A model generated the notes under the pieces. It saw nothing but the letters and a program-made list of their open reading frames with translations. It searched no databases and was not told where the DNA came from. A stretch of DNA of 64,000 bases from NCBI GenBank assembly GCA_964016885.1, contig OZ024757.1:9238001-9302000 (forward strand), given 5' to 3'. This DNA is from Eledone cirrhosa (Eukaryota). A program made the translations under genes and the position numbers. Below, piece after piece: positions 1 through 15,000 of the stretch; the stretch's first letter is position 1, and every line of letters begins with the position of its first letter.

Positions 1-3000
1 TGTTGACCTCTAGTATTTCTGAGACACAGCATTACCTCAGGTGATAGAGAGTCTCTCACTAATGCAATACAACAGGGAATGTTGGTGTTGACCTCTAGTA
101 TTTCTGAGACACAGCATTACCTCAGGTGATAGAGAATCTGTCACTAATGCAATACAACAGGGGATTTTGGTGTAGACCTCTAGTATTTCTGAGACACAGC
201 ATTACCTCAGGTGATAGAGGGTCCTCAACTAATGTAATACAACAGGGAATGTTGGTGTTGACCTCTAGTATTTCTGAGACACAGCATTACCTCAGGTGAT
301 AGAGAGTCTCCCACTAATGCAATACAACAGGGAATGTTGGTGTTGACCTCTAGTATTTCTGAGACACAGCATTACCTCAGGTGATAGAGAGTCTCTCACT
401 AATGCAATACAACAGGGAATGTTGGTGTTGACCTCCAGTATTTCTGAGACACAGCATTACCTCAGGTGATAGAGAGTCTCTCACTAATGCAATACAACAG
501 GGAATGTTGGTGTTGACCTCTAATATTTCTGAGACACAGCATTACCTCAGGTGATAGAGAGTCTCTCACTAATGCAATACAACAGGGAATGTTGGTTTTG
601 ACCTCTAGTATTTCTGAGACACCGCATTACCTCAGGTGATAGAGGGTCCTCCACTAATGCAATACAACAGGGAATGTTGGTGTTGACCTCTAGTATTTCT
701 GAGACACAGCATTACATCAGGTGATAGAGGGTCCTCCACTAATGCAATACAACAGGGAATGTTGGTGCTGACCTCTAGTATTTCTGAGACACCGCATTAC
801 CTCAGGTGATAGAGGGTCCTCCACTAATGCAATACAACAGGGAATGTTGGTGTTTACCTCTAATATTTCTGAGACACAGCCTTACCTCAGGTGATAGAGA
901 GTCTCTCACTAATGCAATACAACAGGGAATGTTGGTGTTGACCTCTAACATATCAGAGATAAGACAGCATTACCTCAGATGATAGAGGGTCCTCCACTAA
1001 TGCAATACAACAGGGAATGTAGGAGTTGACCTCTAGTATTTCTGAGACACAGCATTACCTCAGATGATAGAGAGTCTCCCACTAATGCAATACAACAGGG
1101 AATGTTGGTGTTGACCTCTAGTATTTCTGAGACACAGCATTACCTCAGATGATAGAGAGTCTCTCACTAATGCAATACAAGAGGGAATGTTGGTGTTGAC
1201 CTCTAGTATTTCTGAGACAGCATTACCTCAGGTGATAAGGAGTCTCTCACTAATGCAATACAACAGGGAATGTTGGTGTTGACCTCTAGTATTTCTGAGA
1301 CACAGCATTACCTCAGATGATAGAGAGTCTCTCACTAATGCAATGCAACAGGGAATGTTGGTGTTGACCTCTAGTATTTCTGAGACACAGCATTACCTCA
1401 GATGATAGTGTCCTCCACTAATGCAATACAACAGGGAATGTTGGTGTTGACCTCTAGTATTTCTGAGACACAGCATTACCTCAGGTGATAGAGAGTCCTC
1501 CACTAATGGAATACAACAGGGAATGTTGGTGTTGACCTCTAGTATTTCTGAGACACAGCATTACCTCAGGTGATAGAGAGTCCTCCACTAATGCAATACA
1601 ACAGGGAATGTTGGTGTTGACCTCTAGTATTTCTGAGACGCAGCATTACCTCAGATGATAGAGAGTCTCTCACTAATGCAATACAACAGGGAATGTTGGT
1701 GTTGACCTCTAGTATTTCTGAGACACAGCATTACCTCAGGTGATAGAGGGTCCTCCACTAATGTAATACAACAGGGAATGTTGGTGTTGACCTCTAGTAT
1801 TTCTGACACACAGCATTACCTCAGGTGATAGAGAGTCTCTCACTAATGCAATACAAGAGGGAATGTTGGTGTTGACCTCTAGTATTTCTGAGACACAGCA
1901 TTACCTCAGGTGATAGAGAGTCTCTCACTAATGCAATACAACAGGGAATGTTGGTGTTGACCTCTAGTATTTCTGAGACACAGCATTACCTCAGGTGATA
2001 GAGAATCTGTCACTAATGCAATACAACAGGGGATTTTGGTGTAGACCTCTAGTATTTCTGAGACACAGCATTACCTCAGATGATAGAGTGTCCTCCACTA
2101 ATGCAATACAACAGGGAATGTTGGTGTTGACCTCTAGTATTTCTGAGACACAGCATTACCTCAGGTGATAAGGAGTCTCTCACTAATGCAATACAACAGG
2201 GAATGTTGGTGTTGACCTCTAGTATTTCTGAGACACAGCATTACCTCAGGTGATAGAGAGTCCTCCACTAATGCAATACAACAGGGAATGTTGGTGTTGA
2301 CCTCTAGTATTTCTGAGACACAGCATTACCTCAGATGATAGAGAGTCTCTCACTAATGCAATACAAGAGGGAATGTTGGTGTTGACCTCTAGTATTTCTG
2401 AGACAGCATTACCTCAGGTGATAAAGTCTCTCACTAATGCAATACAACAGGGAATGTTGGTGTTGACCTCTAGTATTTCTGAGACACAGCATTACTTCAG
2501 GTGATAGAGAGTCTCTCACTAATGCAATACAACAGGGAATGTTGGTGTTGACCTCTAATATTTCTGAGACACAGCATTACCTCAGGTGATAGAGAGTCTC
2601 TCACTAATGCAATACAAGAGGGAATGTTGGTGTTGACCTCTAGTATTTCTGAGACACCGCATTACCTCAGGTGATAGAGTCTCTCACTAATGCAATACAA
2701 CAGGGAATGTTGGTTTTGACCTCTAATATTTCTGAGATACAGCATTACCTCAGGTGATAGAGGGTCCTCCACTAATGTAATACAACAGGGAATGTTGGTG
2801 TTGACCTCTAGTATTTCTGAGACACAGCATTACCTCAGGTGATAGAGAGTCTCTCACTAATGCAATACAAGAGGGAATGTTGGTGTTGACCTCCAGTATT
2901 TCTGAGACACAGCATTACCTCAGGTGATAGAGGATCCTCCACTAATGCAATACAACAGGGAATGTTGGTGTTGACCTCTAGTATTTCTGAGACACAGCAT

Positions 3001-6000
3001 TACCTGAGGTGATAGAGAGTCTCTCACTAATGCAATACAACAGGGAATGTTGGTGTTGACCTCTAATATTTCTGAGACACAGCATTACCTCAGGTGATAG
3101 AGAGTCTCTCACTAATGCAATACAACAGGGAATGTTGGTTTTGACCTCTAGTATTTCTGAGACACCGCATTACCTCAGGTGATAGAGAGTCTCTCACTAA
3201 TGCAATACAAGAGGGAATGTTGGTGTTGACCTTCAGTATTTCTGAGACACAGCATTACCTCAGATGATAGAGTCTCTCACTAATGCAATACAACAGGGAA
3301 TGTTGGTTTTGACCTCTAATATTTCTGAGACACAGCATTACCTCAGGTGATAGAGGGTCCTCCACTAATGTAATACAACAGGGAATGTTGGTGTTGACCT
3401 CTAGTATTTCTGACACACAGCATTACCTCAGGTGATAGAGAGTCTCTCACTAATGCAATACAAGAGGGAATGTTGGTGTTGACCTCCAGTATTTCTGAGA
3501 CACAGCATTACCTCAGGTGATACAGGGTCCTCCACTAATGCAATACAACAGGGAATGTTGGTGTTGACCTCTAGTATTTCTGAGACACAGCATTACCTCA
3601 GGTGATAGAGAGTCTCTCACTAATGCAATACAACAGGGAATGTTGGTGTTGACCTCTAATATTTCTGAGACACAGCATTACCTCAGGTGATAGAGAGTCT
3701 CTCACTAATGCAATACAACAGGGAATGTTGGTTTTGACCTCTAGTATTTCTGAGACACCGCATTACCTCAGGTGATAGAGAGTCTCTCACTAATGCAATA
3801 CAAGAGGGAATGTTGGTGTTGACCTCCAGTATTTCTGAGACACAGCATTACCTCAGGTGATAGAGTCTCTCACTAATGCAATACAACAGGGAATGTTGGT
3901 TTTGACCTCTAATATTTCTGAGACACAGCATTACCTCAGGTGATAGAGGGTCCTCCACTAATGTAATACAACAGGGAATGTTGGTGTTGACCTCTAGTAT
4001 TTCTGACACACAGCATTACCTCAGGTGATAGAGAGTCTCTCACTAATGCAATACAAGAGGGAATGTTGGTGTTGACCTCTAGTATTTCTGAGACACAGCA
4101 TTACCTCAGGTGATAGAGAGTCTCTCACTAATGCAATACAACAGGGAATGTTGGTGTTGACCTCTAGTATTTCTGAGATACAGCATTACCTCAGGTGATA
4201 GAGAATCTGTCACTAATGCAATACAACAGGGGATTTTGGTGTAGACCTCTAGTATTTCTGAGACACAGCATTACCTCAGGTGATAGAGGGTCCTCAACTA
4301 ATGTAATACAACAGGGAATGTTGGTGTTGACCTCTAGTATTTCTGAGACACAGCATTACCTCAGGTGATAGAGAGTCTCCCACTAATGCAATACAACAGG
4401 GAATGTTGGTGTTGACCTCTAGTATTTCTGAGACACAGCATTACCTCAGGTGATAGAGAGTCTCTCACTAATGCAATACAACAGGTAATGTTGGTGTTGA
4501 CCTCCAGTATTTCTGAGACACAGCATTACCTCAGGTGATAGAGAGTCTCTCACTAATGCAATACAACAGGGAATGTTGGTGTTGACCTCTAATATTTCTG
4601 AGACACAGCATTACCTCAGGTGATAGAGAGTCTCTCACTAATGCAATACAACAGGGAATGTTGGTTTTGACCTCTAGTATTTCTGAGACACCGCATTACC
4701 TCAGGTGATAGAGGGTCCTCCACTAATGCAATACAACAGGGAATGTTGGTGTTGACCTCTAGTATTTCTGAGACACAGCATTACATCAGGTGATAGAGGG
4801 TCCTCCACTAATGCAATACAACAGGGAATGTTGGTGCTGACCTCTAGTATTTCTGAGACACCGCATTACCTCAGGTGATAGAGGGTCCTCCACTAATGCA
4901 ATACAACAGGGAATGTTGGTGTTTACCTCTAATATTTCTGAGACACAGCACTACCTCAGGTGATAGAGAGTCTCTCACTAATGCAATACAACAGGGAATG
5001 TTGGTGTTGACCTCTAACATATCAGAGATAAGACAGCATTACCTCAGATGATAGAGGGTCCTCCACTAATGCAATACAACAGGGAATGTTGGTGTTGACC
5101 TCTAGTATTTCTGAGACACAGCATTACCTCAGATGATAGAGAGTCTCCCACTAATGCAATACAACAGGGAATGTTGGTGTTGACCTCTAGTATTTCTGAG
5201 ACACAGCATTACCTCAGATGATAGAGAGTCTCTCACTAATGCAATACAAGAGGGAATGTTGGTGTTGACCTCTAGTATTTCTGAGACAGCATTACCTCAG
5301 GTGATAAGGAGTCTCTCACTAATGCAATACAACAGGGAATGTTGGTGTTGACCTCTAGTATTTCTGAGACACAGCATTACCTCAGATGATAGAGAGTCTC
5401 TCACTAATGCAATGCAACAGGGAATGTTGGTGTTGACCTCTAGTATTTCTGAGACACAGCATTACCTCAGATGATAGTGTCCTCCACTAATGCAATACAA
5501 CAGGGAATGTTGGTGTTGACCTCTTGTATTTCTGAGACACAGCATTACCTCAGGTGATAGAGAGTCCTCCACTAATGGAATACAACAGGGAATGTTGGTG
5601 TTGACCTCTAGTATTTCTGAGACACAGCATTACCTCAGGTGATAGAGAGTCCTCCACTAATGCAATACAACAGGGAATGTTGGTGTTGACCTCTAGTATT
5701 TCTGAGACGCAGCATTACCTCAGATGATAGAGAGTCTCTCACTAATGCAATACAACAGGGAATGTTGGTGTTGACCTCTAGTATTTCTGAGACACAGCAT
5801 TACCTCAGATGATAGAGTGTCCTCCACTAATGCAATACAACAGGGAATGTTGGTGTTGACCTCTAGTATTTCTGAGACACAGCATTACCTCAGGTGATAA
5901 GGAGTCTCTCACTAATGCAATACAACAGGGAATGTTGGTGTTGACCTCTAGTATTTCTGAGACACAGCATTACCTCAGGTGATAGAGAGTCCTCCACTAA

Positions 6001-9000
6001 TGCAATACAACAGGGAATGTTGGTGTTGACCTCTAGTATTTCTGAGACACAGCATTACCTCAGATGATAGAGAGTCTCTCACTAATGCAATACAACAGGG
6101 AATGTTGGTGTTGACCTCTAGTATTTCTGAGACACAGCATTACCTCAGGTGATAGAGGGTCCTCCACTAATGTAATACAACAGGGAATGTTGGTGTTGAC
6201 CTCTAGTATTTCTGACACACAGCATTACCTCAGGTGATAGAGAGTCTCTCACTAATGCAATACAAGAGGGAATGTTGGTGTTGACCTCTAGTATTTCTGA
6301 GACACAGCATTACCTCAGGTGATAGAGAGTCTCTCACTAATGCAATACAACAGGGAATGTTGGTGTTGACCTCTAGTATTTCTGAGACACAGCATTACCT
6401 CAGGTGATAGAGAATCTGTCACTAATGCAATACAACAGGGGATTTTGGTGTAGACCTCTAGTATTTCTGAGACACAGCATTACCTCAGATGATAGAGTGT
6501 CCTCCACTAATGCAATACAACAGGGAATGTTGGTGTTGACCTCTAGTATTTCTGAGACACAGCATTACCTCAGGTGATAAGGAGTCTCTCACTAATGCAA
6601 TACAACAGGGAATGTTGGTGTTGACCTCTAGTATTTCTGAGACACAGCATTACCTCAGGTGATAGAGAGTCCTCCACTAATGCAATACAACAGGGAATGT
6701 TGGTGTTGACCTCTAGTATTTCTGAGACACAGCATTACCTCAGATGATAGAGAGTCTCTCACTAATGCAATACAAGAGGGAATGTTGGTGTTGACCTCTA
6801 GTATTTCTGAGACAGCATTACCTCAGGTGATAAAGTCTCTCACTAATGCAATACAACAGGGAATGTTGGTGTTGACCTCTAGTATTTCTGAGACACAGCA
6901 TTACTTCAGGTGATAGAGAGTCTCTCACTAATGCAATACAACAGGGAATGTTGGTGTTGACCTCTAATATTTCTGAGACACAGCATTACCTCAGGTGATA
7001 GAGAGTCTCTCACTAATGCAATACAAGAGGGAATGTTGGTGTTGACCTCTAGTATTTCTGAGACACCGCATTACCTCAGGTGATAGAGTCTCTCACTAAT
7101 GCAATACAACAGGGAATGTTGGTTTTGACCTCTAATATTTCTGAGATACAGCATTACCTCAGGTGATAGAGGGTCCTCCACTAATGTAATACAACAGGGA
7201 ATGTTGGTGTTGACCTCTAGTATTTCTGAGACACAGCATTACCTCAGGTGATAGAGAGTCTCTCACTAATGCAATACAAGAGGGAATGTTGGTGTTGACC
7301 TCCAGTATTTCTGAGACACAGCATTACCTCAGGTGATAGAGGATCCTCCACTAATGCAATACAACAGGGAATGTTGGTGTTGACCTCTAGTATTTCTGAG
7401 ACACAGCATTACCTGAGGTGATAGAGAGTCTCTCACTAATGCAATACAACAGGGAATGTTGGTGTTGACCTCTAATATTTCTGAGACACAGCATTACCTC
7501 AGGTGATAGAGAGTCTCTCACTAATGCAATACAACAGGGAATGTTGGTTTTGACCTCTAGTATTTCTGAGACACCGCATTACCTCAGGTGATAGAGAGTC
7601 TCTCACTAATGCAATACAAGAGGGAATGTTGGTGTTGACCTTCAGTATTTCTGAGACACAGCATTACCTCAGATGATAGAGTCTCTCACTAATGCAATAC
7701 AACAGGGAATGTTGGTTTTGACCTCTAATATTTCTGAGACACAGCATTACCTCAGGTGATAGAGGGTCCTCCACTAATGTAATACAACAGGGAATGTTGG
7801 TGTTGACCTCTAGTATTTCTGACACACAGCATTACCTCAGGTGATAGAGAGTCTCTCACTAATGCAATACAAGAGGGAATGTTGGTGTTGACCTCCAGTA
7901 TTTCTGAGACACAGCATTACCTCAGGTGATACAGGGTCCTCCACTAATGCAATACAACAGGGAATGTTGGTGTTGACCTCTAGTATTTCTGAGACACAGC
8001 ATTACCTCAGGTGATAGAGAGTCTCTCACTAATGCAATACAACAGGGAATGTTGGTGTTGACCTCTAATATTTCTGAGACACAGCATTACCTCAGGTGAT
8101 AGAGAGTCTGTCACTAATGCAATACAACAGGGAATGTTGGTTTTGACCTCTAGTATTTCTGAGACACCGCATTACCTCAGGTGATAGAGAGTCTCTCACT
8201 AATGCAATACAAGAGGGAATGTTGGTGTTGACCTCCAGTATTTCTGAGACACAGCATTACCTCAGGTGATAGAGTCTCTCACTAATGCAATACAACAGGG
8301 AATGTTGGTTTTGACCTCTAATATTTCTGAGACACAGCATTACCTCAGGTGATAGAGGGTCCTCCACTAATGTAATACAACAGGGAATGTTGGTGTTGAC
8401 CTCTAGTATTTCTGACACACAGCATTACCTCAGGTGATAGAGAGTCTCTCACTAATGCAATACAAGAGGGAATGTTGGTGTTGACCTCTAGTATTTCTGA
8501 GACACAGCATTACCTCAGGTGATAGAGAGTCTCTCACTAATGCAATACAACAGGGAATGTTGGTGTTGACCTCTAGTATTTCTGAGACACAGCATTACCT
8601 CAGGTGATAGAGAATCTGTCACTAATGCAATACAACAGGGGATTTTGGTGTAGACCTCTAGTATTTCTGAGACACAGCATTACCTCAGGTGATAGAGGGT
8701 CCTCAACTAATGTAATACAACAGGGAATGTTGGTGTTGACCTCTAGTATTTCTGAGACACAGCATTACCTCAGGTGATAGAGAGTCTCCCACTAATGCAA
8801 TACAACAGGGAATGTTGGTGTTGACCTCTAGTATTTCTGAGACACAGCATTACCTCAGGTGATAGAGAGTCTCTCACTAATGCAATACAACAGGGAATGT
8901 TGGTGTTGACCTCCAGTATTTCTGAGACACAGCATTACCTCAGGTGATAGAGAGTCTCTCACTAATGCAATACAACAGGGAATGTTGGTGTTGACCTCTA

Positions 9001-12000
9001 ATATTTCTGAGACACAGCATTACCTCAGGTGATAGAGAGTCTCTCACTAATGCAATACAACAGGGAATGTTGGTTTTGACCTCTAGTATTTCTGAGACAC
9101 CGCATTACCTCAGGTGATAGAGGGTCCTCCACTAATGCAATACAACAGGGAATGTTGGTGTTGACCTCTAGTATTTCTGAGACACAGCATTACATCAGGT
9201 GATAGAGGGTCCTCCACTAATGCAATACAACAGGGAATGTTGGTGCTGACCTCTAGTATTTCTGAGACACCGCATTACCTCAGGTGATAGAGGGTCCTCC
9301 ACTAATGCAATACAACAGGGAATGTTGGTGTTTACCTCTAATATTTCTGAGACACAGCATTACCTCAGGTGATAGAGAGTCTCTCACTAATGCAATACAA
9401 CAGGGAATGTTGGTGTTGACCTCTAACATATCAGAGATAAGACAGCATTACCTCAGATGATAGAGGGTCCTCCACTAATGCAATACAACAGGGAATGTTG
9501 GTGTTGACCTCTAGTATTTCTGAGACACAGCATTACCTCAGATGATAGAGAGTCTCCCACTAATGCAATACAACAGGGAATGTTGGTGTTGACCTCTAGT
9601 ATTTCTGAGACACAGCATTACCTCAGATGATAGAGAGTCTCTCACTAATGCAATACAAGAGGGAATGTTGGTGTTGACCTCTAGTATTTCTGAGACAGCA
9701 TTACCTCAGGTGATAAGGAGTCTCTCACTAATGCAATACAACAGGGAATGTTGGTGTTGACCTCTAGTATTTCTGAGACACAGCATTACCTCAGATGATA
9801 GAGAGTCTCTCACTAATGCAATGCAACAGGGAATGTTGGTGTTGACCTCTAGTATTTCTGAGACACAGCATTACCTCAGATGATAGTGTCCTCCACTAAT
9901 GCAATACAACAGGGAATGTTGGTGTTGACCTCTTGTATTTCTGAGACACAGCATTACCTCAGGTGATAGAGAGTCCTCCACTAATGGAATACAACAGGGA
10001 ATGTTGGTGTTGACCTCTAGTATTTCTGAGACACAGCATTACCTCAGGTGATAGAGAGTCCTCCACTAATGCAATACAACAGGGAATGTTGGTGTTGACC
10101 TCTAGTATTTCTGAGACGCAGCATTACCTCAGATGATAGAGAGTCTCTCACTAATGCAATACAACAGGGAATGTTGGTGTTGACCTCTAGTATTTCTGAG
10201 ACACAGCATTACCTCAGATGATAGAGTGTCCTCCACTAATGCAATACAACAGGGAATGTTGGTGTTGACCTCTAGTATTTCTGAGACACAGCATTACCTC
10301 AGGTGATAAGGAGTCTCTCACTAATGCAATACAACAGGGAATGTTGGTGTTGACCTCTAGTATTTCTGAGACACAGCATTACCTCAGGTGATAGAGAGTC
10401 CTCCACTAATGCAATACAACAGGGAATGTTGGTGTTGACCTCTAGTATTTCTGAGACACAGCATTACCTCAGATGATAGAGAGTCTCTCACTAATGCAAT
10501 ACAAGAGGGAATGTTGGTGTTGACCTCTAGTATTTCTGAGACAGCATTACCTCAGGTGATAAAGTCTCTCACTAATGCAATACAACAGGGAATGTTGGTG
10601 TTGACCTCTAGTATTTCTGAGACACAGCATTACTTCAGGTGATAGAGAGTCTCTCACTAATGCAATACAACAGGGAATGTTGGTGTTGACCTCTAATATT
10701 TCTGAGACACAGCATTACCTCAGGTGATAGAGAGTCTCTCACTAATGCAATACAAGAGGGAATGTTGGTGTTGACCTCTAGTATTTCTGAGACACCGCAT
10801 TACCTCAGGTGATAGAGTCTCTCACTAATGCAATACAACAGGGAATGTTGGTTTTGACCTCTAATATTTCTGAGATACAGCATTACCTCAGGTGATAGAG
10901 GGTCCTCCACTAATGTAATACAACAGGGAATGTTGGTGTTGACCTCTAGTATTTCTGAGACACAGCATTACCTCAGGTGATAGAGAGTCTCTCACTAATG
11001 CAATACAAGAGGGAATGTTGGTGTTGACCTCCAGTATTTCTGAGACACAGCATTACCTCAGGTGATAGAGGATCCTCCACTAATGCAATACAACAGGGAA
11101 TGTTGGTGTTGACCTCTAGTATTTCTGAGACACAGCATTACCTCAGGTGATAGAGAGTCTCTCACTAATGCAATACAACAGGGAATGTTGGTGTTGACCT
11201 CTAATATTTCTGAGACACAGCATTACCTCAGGTGATAGAGAGTCTCTCACTAATGCAATACAACAGGGAATGTTGGTTTTGACCTCTAGTATTTCTGAGA
11301 CACCGCATTACCTCAGGTGATAGAGAGTCTCTCACTAATGCAATACAAGAGGGAATGTTGGTGTTGACCTCCAGTATTTCTGAGACACAGCATTACCTCA
11401 GATGATAGAGTCTCTCACTAATGCAATACAACAGGGAATGTTGGTTTTGACCTCTAATATTTCTGAGACACAGCATTACCTCAGGTGATAGAGGGTCCTC
11501 CACTAATGTAATACAACAGGGAATGTTGGTGTTGACCTCTAGTATTTCTGACACACAGCATTACCTCAGGTGATAGAGAGTCTCTCACTAATGCAATACA
11601 AGAGGGAATGTTCGTGTTGACCTCCAGTATTTCTGAGACACAGCATTACCTCAGGTGATAGAGGGTCCTCCACTAATGCAATACAACAGGGAATGTTGGT
11701 GTTGACCTCTAGTATTTCTGAGACACAGCATTACCTCAGGTGATAGAGAGTCTCTCACTAATGCAATACAACAGGGAATGTTGGTGTTGACCTCTAATAT
11801 TTCTGAGACACAGCATTACCTCAGGTGATAGAGAGTCTCTCACTAATGCAATACAACAGGGAATGTTGGTTTTGACCTCTAGTATTTCTGAGACACCGCA
11901 TTACCTCAGGTGATAGAGAGTCTCTCACTAATGCAATACAAGAGGGAATGTTGGTGTTGACCTCCAGTATTTCTGAGACACAGCATTACCTCAGGTGATA

Positions 12001-15000
12001 GAGTCTCTCACTAATGCAATACAACAGGGAATGTTGGTTTTGACCTCTAATATTTCTGAGACACAGCATTACCTCAGGTGATAGAGGGTCCTCCACTAAT
12101 GTAATACAACAGGGAATGTTGGTGTTGACCTCTAGTATTTCTGACACACAGCATTACCTCAGGTGATAGAGAGTCTCTCACTAATGCAATACAAGAGGGA
12201 ATGTTGGTGTTGACCTCTAGTATTTCTGAGACACAGCATTACCTCAGGTGATAGAGAGTCTCTCACTAATGCAATACAACAGGGAATGTTGGTGTTGACC
12301 TCTAGTATTTCTGAGACACAGCATTACCTCAGGTGATAGAGAATCTGTCACTAATGCAATACAACAGGGGATTTTGGTGTAGACCTCTAGTATTTCTGAG
12401 ACACAGCATTACCTCAGGTGATAGAGGGTCCTCAACTAATGCAATACAACAGGGAATGTTGGTTTTGACCTCTAATATTTCTGAGACACAGCATTACCTC
12501 AGGTGATAGAGGGTCCTCCACTAATGTAATACAACAGGGAATGTTGGTGTTGACCTCTAGTATTTCTGACACACAGCATTACCTCAGGTGATAGAGAGTC
12601 TCTCACTAATGCAATACAAGAGGGAATGTTGGTGTTGACCTCTAGTATTTCTGAGACACAGCATTACCTCAGGTGATAGAGAATCTGTCACTAATGCAAT
12701 ACAACAGGGGATTTTGGTGTAGACCTCTAGTATTTCTGAGACACAGCATTACCTCAGGTGATAGAGGGTCCTCAACTAATGTAATACAACAGGGAATGTT
12801 GGTGTTGACCTCTAGTATTTCTGAGACACAGCATTACCTCAGGTGATAGAGAGTCTCCCACTAATGCAATACAACAGGGAATGTTGGTGTTGACCTCTAG
12901 TATTTCTGAGACACAGCATTACCTCAGGTGATAGAGAGTCTCTCACTAATGCAATACAACAGGGAATGTTGGTGTTGACCTCCAGTATTTCTGAGACACA
13001 GCATTACCTCAGGTGATAGAGAGTCTCTCACTAATGCAATACAACAGGGAATGTTGGTGTTGACCTCTAATATTTCTGAGACACAGCATTACCTCAGGTG
13101 ATAGAGAGTCTCTCACTAATGCAATACAACAGGGAATGTTGGTTTTGACCTCTAGTATTTCTGAGACACCGCATTACCTCAGGTGATAGAGGGTCCTCCA
13201 CTAATGCAATACAACAGGGAATGTTGGTGTTGACTTCTAGTATTTCTGAGACACAGCATTACATCAGGTGATAGAGGGTCCTCCACTAATGCAATACAAC
13301 AGGGAATGTTGGTGCTGACCTCTAGTATTTCTGAGACACCGCATTACCTCAGGTGATAGAGGGTCCTCCACTAATGCAATACAACAGGGAATGTTGGTGT
13401 TTACCTCTAATATTTCTGAGACACAGCATTACCTCAGGTGATAGAGAGTCTCTCACTAATGCAATACAACAGGGAATGTTGGTGTTGACCTCTAACATAT
13501 CAGAGATAAGACAGCATTACCTCAGATGATAGAGGGTCCTCCACTAATGCAATACAACAGGGAATGTTGGTGTTGACCTCTAGTATTTCTGAGACACAGC
13601 ATTACCTCAGATGATAGAGAGTCTCCCACTAATGCAATACAACAGGGAATGTTGGTGTTGACCTCTAGTATTTCTGAGACACAGCATTACCTCAGATGAT
13701 AGAGAGTCTCTCACTAATGCAATACAAGAGGGAATGTTGGTGTTGACCTCTAGTATTTCTGAGACAGCATTACCTCAGGTGATAAGGAGTCTCTCACTAA
13801 TGCAATACAACAGGGAATGTTGGTGTTGACCTCTAGTATTTCTGAGACACAGCATTACCTCAGATGATAGAGAGTCTCTCACTAATGCAATGCAACAGGG
13901 AATGTTGGTGTTGACCTCTAGTATTTCTGAGACACAGCATTACCTCAGATGATAGTGTCCTCCACTAATGCAATACAACAGGGAATGTTGGTGTTGACCT
14001 CTTGTATTTCTGAGACACAGCATTACCTCAGGTGATAGAGAGTCCTCCACTAATGGAATACAACAGGGAATGTTGGTGTTGACCTCTAGTATTTCTGAGA
14101 CACAGCATTACCTCAGGTGATAGAGAGTCCTCCACTAATGCAATACAACAGGGAATGTTGGTGTTGACCTCTAGTATTTCTGAGACGCAGCATTACCTCA
14201 GATGATAGAGAGTCTCTCACTAATGCAATACAACAGGGAATGTTGGTGTTGACCTCTAGTATTTCTGAGACACAGCATTACCTCAGATGATAGAGTGTCC
14301 TCCACTAATGCAATACAACAGGGAATGTTGGTGTTGACCTCTAGTATTTCTGAGACACAGCATTACCTCAGGTGATAAGGAGTCTCTCACTAATGCAATA
14401 CAACAGGGAATGTTGGTGTTGACCTCTAGTATTTCTGAGACACAGCATTACCTCAGGTGATAGAGAGTCCTCCACTAATGCAATACAACAGGGAATGTTG
14501 GTGTTGACCTCTAGTATTTCTGAGACACAGCATTACCTCAGATGATAGAGAGTCTCTCACTAATGCAATACAAGAGGGAATGTTGGTGTTGACCTCTAGT
14601 ATTTCTGAGACAGCATTACCTCAGGTGATAAAGTCTCTCACTAATGCAATACAACAGGGAATGTTGGTGTTGACCTCTAGTATTTCTGAGACACAGCATT
14701 ACTTCAGGTGATAGAGAGTCTCTCACTAATGCAATACAACAGGGAATGTTGGTGTTGACCTCTAATATTTCTGAGACACAACATTACCTCAGGTGATAGA
14801 GAGTCTCTCACTAATGCAATACAAGAGGGAATGTTGGTGTTGACCTCTAGTATTTCTGAGACACCGCATTACCTCAGGTGATAGAGTCTCTCACTAATGC
14901 AATACAACAGGGAATGTTGGTTTTGACCTCTAATATTTCTGAGATACAGCATTACCTCAGGTGATAGAGGGTCCTCCACTAATGTAATACAACAGGGAAT

